The notes beneath the pieces were generated by a model, which saw only the letters and a list, made by a program, of their open reading frames with translations, was not told the DNA's origin and did no database searches. Shown piece by piece: positions 9,364 to 17,870 of a stretch of DNA of 64,000 nucleotides. The stretch is from a virus (Duplodnaviria > Caudoviricetes). How positions within the stretch are numbered: the first letter of the stretch is position 1; each line of letters begins with the position of its first letter. The position numbers were made by a program, and so were the translations under genes. The stretch lies in IMG/VR virus record IMGVR_UViG_3300012930_000003, positions 1,246 to 65,245 of that record; one strand, 5' to 3'.

Positions 9364-10367
9364 CTGACATCTGCCTTTTCTTCCACGGTTGCGCACGGTG
9401 TATCTATCCCTGCGTCTACGGCCTTCTGTGCAAGGTTCATAAAAAGATTGTAGACCTCGGGCATCCCGCCGAATTGATGCCACGCTTTCAGCAGATCGAT
9501 TTTGGTCACGACTTTCTTGGTGCGGACGCTCGCGGTTCGGCCGGACCCGCCCTTGATCTGCGCGGACGGCGCTGGCGTATTCGCCATCGGCTTGGCCTGA
9601 ACGGGCTTGGGAGGCTCCGGAGCGAGTTCGCCAGCCACAAGGGCCGCCGCAGCCGCTTTATCGAATTCATCGCGGGCGCGCTCATTGGCCTCGTCTGCGA
9701 TACGTTGGGCCTCAATGGTGGCCTGCCGCAGGTTCTCCCGCTTTACGTCCTCCCAAGCCTCTTGCGCCTTCCGGATATCACTAGCCCCATCGGCGGCAGA
9801 ATCCCGCAGCGGGAACCAAACCTCGCGGATGCGCTTCTGTTCGTCCAGCAGCGGCCGGTTCAAAGCCTCGTATGCCTTGGTGGCCTTGCCGCTTAGGCCG
9901 GTCAGAGCGCTGCGGAGGGTCTGAGCACGCGCGGCGGCTTCGTCGCTCTCGATGACCTTGTAGGCATCCAGGCCAGCCCGTGCGGCTGCAATCTCGGCCT
10001 TGAGCGAGCCCGCAGGGTCCGTCTCGGGGTCGATCTCGGGGCCTTTGGCGGTCGCGGCGGCGCCAGCGTCGTTGTCCAGCCACGCGCCTGTGTCCATCCG
10101 GTGCCAGTATGCCTCCGACGTGATCGGAAATCTTGAAGCATACGGCCACGTCTCAAACATCCGCAGCGGGTCCTGCGGCTGGCGGCCGTTGATGTGGCAC
10201 CTTTGCTCGCCCGTTTCGGCGTCCTTCCAGTAGGCGACGGGTTCGAATGTGCCGTCCTTTTTCTTCTGCCTATAGAATCCACTCTCGGGCGAATCCGCGC
10301 TGATCTGTCCGCGCGTTCCTTTAAGCGCGTTTTCCCACCACAAAAATTCACTTTCAACTTTAGACAT
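9360..10367 (-). CDS. Phage protein of the recombination module (helical/coiled-coil)
   Basis: 335 aa ORF, WW..AL.G...PESGFYR N-terminus, coupled to its neighbours. Confidence 0.7.
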   Translation of the reverse strand: MSKVESEFLWWENALKGTRGQISADSPESGFYRQKKKDGTFEPVAYWKDAETGEQRCHINGRQPQDPLRMFETWPYASRFPITSEAYWHRMDTGAWLDNDAGAAATAKGPEIDPETDPAGSLKAEIAAARAGLDAYKVIESDEAAARAQTLRSALTGLSGKATKAYEALNRPLLDEQKRIREVWFPLRDSAADGASDIRKAQEAWEDVKRENLRQATIEAQRIADEANERARDEFDKAAAAALVAGELAPEPPKPVQAKPMANTPAPSAQIKGGSGRTASVRTKKVVTKIDLLKAWHQFGGMPEVYNLFMNLAQKAVDAGIDTPCATVEEKADVR

Positions 10368-10908
10368 GGGTCCACTTCTCCCTGCGGACGATTAAAGAAA
10401 TCATGCGTTGTGACACGCCAAATTCGGCGGCTAAATCAACCTGCCGAACTATCCCCGGCTTATACCGTGCGCGGATTTTAACCACTTCATCATCGGTCAA
10501 TTTGGATGCTGGATTATCCTCGCCCTCCAAATAGGGAACCAGCCCCAATGCGTGAGCATGGCGAACATTCCGCACAGGGGTGCACCACTCCAAATTGGAC
10601 GGGAGATTATTCGATTTAACGCCGTTCAGATGGTTTGTGTAGGGCATGTTTTCCGGGTTCGGAATGAACGTTTTGGCAATGACGCGGTGGACTTTGATGA
10701 ACTTGCCGCGAACCCGTATTCGAAAATACCCCCTATCTAATTTTTGCGTGTAGACCATTCCGTCTGCGCTCCGACGGATTCTACCCATCGTACTGGCATC
10801 AATCATCACGCCGTTATATTCGCCCGCGCATTGCCACTGTTCGTCGGCCGATATCTGGCCTCGGGTGCCGGCGAGGGCGGCGGTCCACCATGCATATTGG
10901 TCGGTCAA
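10360..10908 (-). CDS. HNH homing endonuclease (NUMOD4-like/HNH_3) with C-terminal HTH
   Basis: VHRVIAKTFIPNP...NHLNGVKSNNLPSNLEWCT...N..H. AT-richer than its flanks. TTG start with AGGAG RBS. Confidence 0.88.
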   Translation of the reverse strand: MTDQYAWWTAALAGTRGQISADEQWQCAGEYNGVMIDASTMGRIRRSADGMVYTQKLDRGYFRIRVRGKFIKVHRVIAKTFIPNPENMPYTNHLNGVKSNNLPSNLEWCTPVRNVRHAHALGLVPYLEGEDNPASKLTDDEVVKIRARYKPGIVRQVDLAAEFGVSQRMISLIVRREKWTHV

Positions 10909-11219
10909 TATCGCGTCTCCTGCTTGGGATTGGTTTCATCTATCGGTGCGGGGTGTTTATTGAAAAATGGGTCATCGGCGCGCCAAGCGACGCTTCCATC
11001 CAGAGATGTTGCGTTGCCCGGATAGTCAAACATTTTGCGACATGCGGCGCTGTATTGCTTCGCTGTGCAAACGGCATATTTATCGACATTGCAATATGCG
11101 ACGTGTGCTGCGAAACGGTCGTGACTCCAAACCCGACAGAGTGGCGATGCGCCAAATATGGCAGTCGCAATCGCGGCAATCGCCAACGCGCTGATACCAA
11201 GAGCGATAAGTTTACGCAC
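10905..11219 (-). CDS. Small exported Cys-containing protein
   Basis: MRKLIALGISALAIAAIATA signal-like N-terminus and 4 Cys. Confidence 0.55.
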   Translation of the reverse strand: MRKLIALGISALAIAAIATAIFGASPLCRVWSHDRFAAHVAYCNVDKYAVCTAKQYSAACRKMFDYPGNATSLDGSVAWRADDPFFNKHPAPIDETNPKQETRY

Positions 11220-11616
11220 GGCTGAATTTCCTTTTCTGCGTCCCGAACCCTCGGGATTGAATTTTGGCCCGCGCCTCTTTCGGCAAGCGCGGCCGGATGG
11301 TGGTGCGGGGTTTTCGCGCGTGGCCGCCGTCGCCTCCGTATTCGAGATAAAGCCGCGCCGCGATGTCGAACGGGTCCAGACTGTGGGTCTGCCAGAACTC
11401 CGATTCGTTCATGGAATGTTGTTCGTCGTGGTGAAATCGGCACATTGGAGTTGAGTGCTTGTCGTGGGGCTTCATGCCCTTGGCGAAAAGCCCGATGCGT
11501 ATATGGCAGGGGTCTGTCATACCGACCGCGCCGCAGATGCAGCAAGGTTTGCCCTTGAGGAAGGTCAAAAACCCTCGGTCGTATAGACGTGGCTGTTTTG
11601 GGCGGACTTGGGGCAC
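11212..11616 (-). CDS. Zn-binding HNH-like nuclease (DUF968-like)
   Basis: PCCICG...DPCHIR...KPHD...PMCRFHHDEQH. Confidence 0.75.
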   Translation of the reverse strand: MPQVRPKQPRLYDRGFLTFLKGKPCCICGAVGMTDPCHIRIGLFAKGMKPHDKHSTPMCRFHHDEQHSMNESEFWQTHSLDPFDIAARLYLEYGGDGGHARKPRTTIRPRLPKEARAKIQSRGFGTQKRKFSRA

Positions 11617-11619
11617 GGC

Positions 11620-13234
11620 CTAATTCCCCGGGAACGCCAGATAGTCCTGAGTTGGTTTATCGGGTCTCCTATTTGCAACCCATCCATCGGGACGCGGTTC
11701 GCAAAGAGCCTCGACGCCAATATGTCTCGCCTCCAGCAAGCACCACTCGCTGTAGCAACGATAAACCACTTGGAGGTCCTGCGGCTGACCCTGCAACACT
11801 AATATCAGTTCCTTGACGGTCATTTCTTTTTCCTCGGTTTTCCGGTTTTCTTCGCCGCCTTCGCAACCGCTTTCACGAGGTCGCGTTTCATCGGCTTGGG
11901 GATCGGCGCCCGTTTGATGAGCGCCTGCGCGCGGTCGTATCGCGCCTCGCGTTGCTCGCGGAGTTTTGCCTCTCGGGGGCCAATTTCTCTCGTCATGGTC
12001 GCTCCGATGAAATCTTGAGCCAGATTTTCAGCGCCGCACTAGCTGCAGCTTCATGCGTCCGGAATACCTTGGCGCGGGCCGAATTGCCGCTGAGGATATA
12101 TCCGTGTCCGACAACTTGAGCGGTGTATCCAGATGACCGCGAATTCATCGCAGTTTGGATTTTTCCGTTCTCAGTGATCTGGCAATAGTTGTTGATGCCG
12201 GTGCGATAGGATTTGAAAAGCACGCCTTCGACCGTGCGCCGACCGCTGCAAAGCTGATATCCCGGGTCAATGAGTGTCTTGCTCATGGCGTAATCACCCA
12301 AAATCCGAGGATGCAAATCAGGATGATGGCCCAAGCCCCGGCGTGGGCGATTTTCATCCCCACATACGCCGCTGCATCAAGCGCGTTCGGCTCTCTGTCT
12401 ATTCTGGGCAGTTCGTCGCTGAGAAGCCTGACCATTTCGTCGGGCCATGTGTCGGAGGGGTCGCGGTTCATTTCCTCATTTCCTTCATCATGTTTTCCCA
12501 AAAATCTTCGTTCTTGGCGTCAACGTCAGTGATTTTGAAAACGACTATTGTGTCGCCGTCGCGCCAAACGTCACCATGGGATTGCACCATTTGATGGATG
12601 GCGCTTGCCACGTTCCGTTCAAGATCAACGCGCCGATACTCTTCCTCGTCGCCGCCGTTGTGTAATACAATCCGGAATGGCATGGTTCTAATCCGGCATG
12701 CCCTGATACACGGCCTTTTCGGTGGTGTAGTCGTTGATGGTGTTGGCGAACGCCTGCGCGATGTACTCAGCAGCGGCGCGGTCGACGGCATGGAAAACCA
12801 GCGTGTCGATGCTGCGCGGCATATCCTCAAATCGAGTAAGGCGCACGTTGTAGACGGCGGACTTGTCGGTGAGGATTTCCTTGTCGACGAATATTTTCAC
12901 AGAAACACTCCCATTGTGATGAGCCAAGCCACGGCGAGGGCCGCAGCGGCGATGCTGAAAGACTGGATGCGGGCGGCGGAGGTCACGACATTTCACCCCA
13001 TTTTGTATCGGGGATAAATCCGCATTTCTCTGCGAATGCGCGAGCCTGCTGCTTGGTACGAAATCCAGCCTTGTCGCAATTCTCGATCGCGCGGGCCGGA
13101 TCAAATGGCGGGCTTTTGTCATCTATGGTGTATGGGGCTGTTTGCACATCATAGCCCTGAGCCCGACACCCGATAATCGAAACGTTGCAGGGCCAACAGT
13201 GCAATTTTCCGTCCGTGAATTCTTCGTCAGCCAT
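11620..13234 (-). CDS. Cluster of small hypothetical early genes (11620-11823, 11993-12286, 12283-12501, 12468-12682, 12983-13234 and others)
   Basis: Short co-directional ORFs with start/stop overlaps. No family recognised. Confidence 0.5.
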
Positions 13235-13283
13235 TCTATTCTCCCGTTGGGCGAGGGCGCCGTGCCCTGTGAATGTGCCCCTA

Positions 13284-13312
13284 TCAATAATCGCGTCGTT
13301 TCAGAAACGCAA
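13284..13312 (-). promoter_or_regulatory. Leftward sigma70-type early promoter
   Basis: TTGCGT-17nt-TATTGA on the minus strand, upstream of the leftward arm. Confidence 0.5.
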
Positions 13313-13320
13313 TAGTTATT

Positions 13321-13349
13321 TTGACAATTTATCGGGGATGGTTTAGAAA
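13321..13349 (+). promoter_or_regulatory. Rightward sigma70-type promoter
   Basis: TTGACA-17nt-TAGAAA at the strand-switch point. Confidence 0.6.
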
Positions 13350-13380
13350 TCGTTCCGGCCAGTCAAATGGAGACCCGACG

Positions 13381-13650
13381 ATGCCCCTCGTTAAATATAC
13401 CGAAATGCCGCCTTACCAGCAGCATTGCGTCCGCGAGATTTACAACGATTGGAAGCCCGAGGAGTGGGCGGATTTTGCCTTCTGGGTCCGAAAGGACGGG
13501 CAGCTTGCCTCACGTCGGGCCGGTCGGCATCAGATGACGGATGATGCGGCGAATCGTCGGCTGAGAGAGATTGCTGGCGGTGCCGTCCGCACCAAGGGCG
13601 ATTTGCGGGAATGGAAGCCCGGTCACTCATTCAGCTTCGTGCGGGACTAA
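13381..13650 (+). CDS. Hypothetical protein
   Basis: GGAG RBS. TAATG coupling to the next gene. Confidence 0.6.
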   Translation: MPLVKYTEMPPYQQHCVREIYNDWKPEEWADFAFWVRKDGQLASRRAGRHQMTDDAANRRLREIAGGAVRTKGDLREWKPGHSFSFVRD

Positions 13651-13868
13651 TGGCAAAGATCAAGACGATTGGGTATGAGAAAATCCTCAAGCAATTTTAT
13701 GAGGATGGAAAGCGCCACGGGGCCAAAAGCCGACTGGGGAGGGCGTTGGGACAAAGCCGGGCGACCGTGGACGCATGGGAACGCCTCGGCATTCCCCTGA
13801 AATACGCCGAGCAGCTCAAAAAGCTGACCGGGCTCGAATTCGGCGATATATGGAAGGTCCCGTCATGA
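13650..13868 (+). CDS. Cro-like HTH regulator
   Basis: GAKSRLGRALGQSRATVDAWERLGIP...LKKLTG, near the start of the rightward operon. Confidence 0.7.
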   Translation: MAKIKTIGYEKILKQFYEDGKRHGAKSRLGRALGQSRATVDAWERLGIPLKYAEQLKKLTGLEFGDIWKVPS

Positions 13869-14061
13869 CCGTTCCTTTGACTGACGGACAATATGGCGCT
13901 CTGCTACATGGGTTGCGGCGTATCGCGAGCGGACGGAAAATCAACCAATGCGGAAATAATCAGCGCATGTGCCGGGATGATCTTGTGACAGAGGCCCGCG
14001 AAATTTGCGATGCGGTAGGCATCAAATGGGATATGCCGATTGATACTGAGGCAAAACAACC

Positions 14062-14283
14062 ATGAACCGGGTCTGGTTTTACTGCGAGGGCGAGGTCGTG
14101 CCATCCGGGGTATTCGAGGCGGTCGTGGCCCTGCGCGGGGCTCCGGGCGGGGATGGATCGCAATGCCGTTTCCCAATCGGAGATATCCGCGCGCTGGATT
14201 TCCGGTTTTGTGATAAAGACGCCGCCTCCGGGAGCGTCTATTGTTCGGAGTGCTCCAAAATCTCGTATCAACCGAAAGGATAA
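14062..14283 (+). CDS. Small Cys-rich protein resembling the GcrA C-terminal domain
   Basis: QCRFPIGD...FRFC...GSVYCSECSKISYQP resembles the C-terminal motif of alphaproteobacterial GcrA. Confidence 0.5.
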   Translation: MNRVWFYCEGEVVPSGVFEAVVALRGAPGGDGSQCRFPIGDIRALDFRFCDKDAASGSVYCSECSKISYQPKG

Positions 14284-14286
14284 CTC

Positions 14287-15084
14287 GTGGCCAATAAACC
14301 AGCCAAAACCGACAATATCGTTGATCCCGCGCTCAAGAAATCGTTCATCGAAATGCGTGACCATTTTGACACGCTGGACCAGCGCGCAAAGTCGGCCGCC
14401 GGCAAACGTCGCCAGTATTCCAAGGAAATCAAGAGTGCTGGCTTTTCGGTGCAGCAGATCAAAATCTCGCTGTTGCTGCAAACCCCCGAGGGCGAGGCCG
14501 AGTTCAAGGCCGAGATGGCAAACAGATTGCTTGCCGCTGCCTATTCGGACGCCGACATCGGCGACCAGCTTTCGTTGTTCCTCGATGGCGACCGGACGCC
14601 GGCCGTCGATCGGGCCTACAAGGAGGGCCAGTCCTGCGCCATGCGGAATGAGGCCATGACCTGCAAATATGCGCCCGAAACGGAACAATATGCCGGTTTC
14701 GTTCAGGGATATCAGGACGAGCAGGGCCGCCAGGTCAAGGCCGGGATCGGCAAGTTGGACGCCAAGAAAACGGACAAATCAACAAAAGCGAAGAAATCTG
14801 GCAAAAACTCAACAGCCAAGGGAACCGGCAAGCGCGGCCGGCCCGCGAAGGCCAAGACGCCTGACCTTCTGGAAGCCGCTGGCGTGCCCGCTGAGCGCGT
14901 TCTGATCAAGAAGGCGGATAAGGACGCCAAGGCGGCGAAAGCGGCCCCACGGCCTGACGCTGGCCCGCCGCGCAAGCCTTCGGCCCAGCCCGTGACCCGG
15001 GCGACGCTGGCGGCGGCCAAGGCCAAGGCGACCGAGGAAGCCGAGTCGTACTTCACGAAGGCCCAAACCGAGGGCAACGCCTAA
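14287..15084 (+). CDS. GapR/DsbA-like DNA-binding protein with Lys/Ala-rich tail
   Basis: Helical N-domain with YSKEIKSAGFSVQQIK, a QLSLF motif and a basic C-terminus. Confidence 0.55.
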   Translation: MANKPAKTDNIVDPALKKSFIEMRDHFDTLDQRAKSAAGKRRQYSKEIKSAGFSVQQIKISLLLQTPEGEAEFKAEMANRLLAAAYSDADIGDQLSLFLDGDRTPAVDRAYKEGQSCAMRNEAMTCKYAPETEQYAGFVQGYQDEQGRQVKAGIGKLDAKKTDKSTKAKKSGKNSTAKGTGKRGRPAKAKTPDLLEAAGVPAERVLIKKADKDAKAAKAAPRPDAGPPRKPSAQPVTRATLAAAKAKATEEAESYFTKAQTEGNA

Positions 15085-15239
15085 TAACCGTGGGGCACCA
15101 TGGCCCCATGGCGCAGTGGTCCGAATTGACGGGCCTCAAACTGTCGGGGCGACTGTAAGCGCCCGCTGCGGGACGGCCTCGGGTAAAACCGGGGCCGTTC
15201 GCTTAAGTAGAAGCCTCATTTCCGACCGGAGAAATTAAC

Positions 15240-15419
15240 ATGCCGCGATACGATATCAGGATGCGCGTCACTTACGAGGAAACTTGGAGCGTTGAGGCCG
15301 CAAGCGAGGCTGAGGCGCGCAAACTGGCCGAAGATTGCGACGAGTCGGTTGATACCGAGGACGGCGGCAACGAAGTCGTTGATTGGGAAATCGTTTCGCT
15401 CAAGCCTGCCGCTGAGTAA
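15240..15419 (+). CDS. Small acidic hypothetical protein (59 aa)
   Basis: GGAG RBS. MPRYDIRMRVTYEETWSVEAASEAEARKLAE... Confidence 0.55.
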   Translation: MPRYDIRMRVTYEETWSVEAASEAEARKLAEDCDESVDTEDGGNEVVDWEIVSLKPAAE

Positions 15420-15606
15420 GGAAAATGCCCGAATATCGACGCCCGATGGTCCCCGGCAAGGGCGCAAACCGCAATCCCAAAATCCGGCTGATGCGCGGGG
15501 CCAAAACAGCCGCCGAATATAAATTCGGCGTCGGCGGGTTGCTGAAAACTCCGGGCCGGTCGCAAAAGCCGATTACGCTCCCGCCGACGCCGTGGGATAA
15601 ACCGAA

Positions 15607-16125
15607 GTGAGAATAGCCGCATTCGATCCCGGAATTAACGGCAGCGCCGCGCTTCTGGTCCGTGGCGGCGACTTCGATCCCGCGCCAAGGTTCTTCGATA
15701 TGGTCGACTTGGCAACCATTCCGGATGGCGAGAAGCGCCAGCTTGACGCCGGGTTCATCTGCGACCTGATGGAAAAATGGCTGCCTGACGTGGTGGTGAT
15801 CGAGAACGTCCAGCCCATGCCATCGATACCTGGGCCAGACGGCGCTAGGAGGTCCATGGGCGCGGCGAGCTCGTTCCGGTTCGGATTGGCCTGTGGGATG
15901 ATTCGCGGCGTCGTGGCGGTCTACACAACGCCTGTGGTGATGGTTCATCCGCAAAGCTGGAAGCGACATTTCGGCCTCAAAGGGCCGGATAAAAAGCAGG
16001 GCGTGGCGCTGATAAAGGAAATGCACCCGTCATCGGCGGCGTTTATCACCCTCGTGAAGCACCACGGACGCGCCGACGCCGGTTTGATGGCGGCTTGGTA
16101 TGCTGAAAAGAGAGGAATGCTCTAA
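15607..16125 (+). CDS. RuvC-like Holliday junction resolvase
   Basis: IAAFDPG, VVIENV, PQSWK and GRADAGLMA acidic motifs. Confidence 0.85.
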   Translation: MRIAAFDPGINGSAALLVRGGDFDPAPRFFDMVDLATIPDGEKRQLDAGFICDLMEKWLPDVVVIENVQPMPSIPGPDGARRSMGAASSFRFGLACGMIRGVVAVYTTPVVMVHPQSWKRHFGLKGPDKKQGVALIKEMHPSSAAFITLVKHHGRADAGLMAAWYAEKRGML

Positions 16126-16712
16126 TGGGCGAATTGGCATCCGGAGCTGGCGATAAACGCCACGCGCTCAAAGTCCGTCGCGACGATCTTTACCAGACGC
16201 CGCCTGAGGCCGTGCGGGCGCTGATCCGCGCTGAGGACATTCCTTCCGTGGTGTGGGAACCCGCATGCGGACCGGGTTCAATCGTTCGGGAATTAAGGGC
16301 GACGAGTCGAATTGTTTACGCGACGGATTTGGTTGACTACGACTCACCCGATCAGGATGAATCTGGTTGGGATTTTTTAATGGAAAAGCAACTGCCTATC
16401 AGAGTTGAGGCCATCGTAACAAATCCGCCATTCAAGCTCGCCTGCCAGTTTGCGACTCACGCCCTTACGCTCTGTCCGAAGGTCGTCATGCTGATGCGGC
16501 TCGCGTTTCTTGAGAGCGAAGGGCGCTCGGCTATTCTGGATGGGGGAAACTTGGCTAGGGTGCACGTTTTCCGCAATCGGCTTCCGATGATGCATCGTGA
16601 AGGATGGGAGGGGCCGAAGTCGACCAATACGATGGCATTCGCTTGGTTTGTCTGGGATAAAAACCACGTTGGTCCGACCGAATTGCACCGTATCTCGTGG
16701 CAAAAATCTTAA
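16125..16712 (+). CDS. DNA amino-methyltransferase (N6-adenine type)
   Basis: DLYQTP, SAM motif WEPACGPG and catalytic TNPPF. Confidence 0.82.
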   Translation: MGELASGAGDKRHALKVRRDDLYQTPPEAVRALIRAEDIPSVVWEPACGPGSIVRELRATSRIVYATDLVDYDSPDQDESGWDFLMEKQLPIRVEAIVTNPPFKLACQFATHALTLCPKVVMLMRLAFLESEGRSAILDGGNLARVHVFRNRLPMMHREGWEGPKSTNTMAFAWFVWDKNHVGPTELHRISWQKS

Positions 16713-16923
16713 GTCATACCAGCGGCTGCGGTTGACTCCTTAACCGACTCGCCGTTACAAATGCAAATGGCCTCCGCGCGGTGCGCAAAAGGCCATTTAC
16801 TTATCCGATAGGCTGTGGCGGCTGGTCGGACAGAGATTTGATTTAGGCAATTCTTGCCTTCTGGTCAACCCCTGCCCTTCGATTTTGCCATCGCCGATTG
16901 GTTCCTAAAATCGGGGAATCCGC

Positions 16924-17580
16924 ATGGCTACGCCGACATTCAGCGTCAAAGATTTCGATAAATTCCAGCACTACAAAGACCGCGCTCCGCCGTGGATAAA
17001 ATTATATAATTCAACGTTGGATAGTTACGAATTTGCACTCTTGAATGATGCCGCTCGGTTTCATTTACTCGCTATCATGTTGCTAGCGAGTCGTTCCGGA
17101 AACAAAATACCATACGACTCGGTGTGGGTTTCCAGCCGGATAAACAGCACTGAGCCGGTTCAATTGGATGTGTTGGTCGACGCTGGTTTTCTTGAGTTAA
17201 ATCAACCGCTACAGCAATTGGGGCATGATGCTAGCAAGATGCAAGCAAAACGCTTGTCTAGAGGAGAGGAGAGGAGAGAAGAGGGAGAGACAGAAAAGAA
17301 AGATGGCGCTACTGCGCCAATTATAAATTTATTTCCAAAACCAGAGGCACCAGCCTCACAAGAAAAATCATATTTTGATCGCTCGGTAGAAATACTCGGG
17401 CCGAAGGGGCGGGGATTGGCGGCAAAATTACTCCAATCGAAAAAGAAGGTAATTGCGGAGGCGCGTGCCGCGATCGAGGTCGCGTCGACCAAATCTGATC
17501 CTGCTGAGTACATCGGTGGAGTAATTCGCCGGGGCGGCGCTGAAACATCGACATGGGTTCATGGGGACGATTTCGGATGA
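16924..17580 (+). CDS. Phage replication initiator-like protein
   Basis: FQHYKDRAPPWIKLY N-terminus, internal purine-rich repeat tract, upstream of the primase-helicase. Confidence 0.65.
   Translation: MATPTFSVKDFDKFQHYKDRAPPWIKLYNSTLDSYEFALLNDAARFHLLAIMLLASRSGNKIPYDSVWVSSRINSTEPVQLDVLVDAGFLELNQPLQQLGHDASKMQAKRLSRGEERREEGETEKKDGATAPIINLFPKPEAPASQEKSYFDRSVEILGPKGRGLAAKLLQSKKKVIAEARAAIEVASTKSDPAEYIGGVIRRGGAETSTWVHGDDFG
17260..17302 (+). repeat. Purine-rich AGAGG repeat tract inside the initiator gene (possible ori element)
   Basis: AGAGGAGAGGAGAGGAGAGAAGAGGGAGAGACAGAAAAGAAAG followed by an AT-rich stretch, a layout reminiscent of lambda O. Confidence 0.4.
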
Positions 17581-17870
17581 CGATAACCGAGCAGCTTGAG
17601 CGGCAAGGCATCCGGCCGCGCGACAAAATCGGAAGTCAGATGCTGACGTGTCCGCAGTGCAGCCATCTCCGCAGAAAGAAAACCCTCAAATGCCTATCGG
17701 TGAAAATTGATGCTCAAGCGGCTCTCTGGAACTGTTTCCATTGCGGATGGCACGGGGCAGCCTTCGCGGATCAAGGCAAAGGCCATGGCGTGGCTCCAAG
17801 AGGAGCGCGGTCTCAGCCCGGAGACTTTGGCGCAGCTCGACGTCGCCGACGGAATAACGTTTTTTCCTGA
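17577..17870 (+). CDS. Primase zinc-binding domain encoded as a separate ORF
   Basis: CPQCS...CLSV...WNCFHCGWHG. ATGA coupling to the initiator gene. Confidence 0.75.
   Translation: MTITEQLERQGIRPRDKIGSQMLTCPQCSHLRRKKTLKCLSVKIDAQAALWNCFHCGWHGAAFADQGKGHGVAPRGARSQPGDFGAARRRRRNNVFS

Noticed and set aside
10360-10908. Group I intron or intein around the HNH genes
   Set aside because: The HNH ORFs overlap or abut their neighbours, leaving no room for a ribozyme core, and no intein terminal motifs were seen in terL or the helicase.
16125-16712. Restriction-modification system
   Set aside because: Both methyltransferases are orphans with no adjacent restriction endonuclease, which is typical phage anti-restriction.
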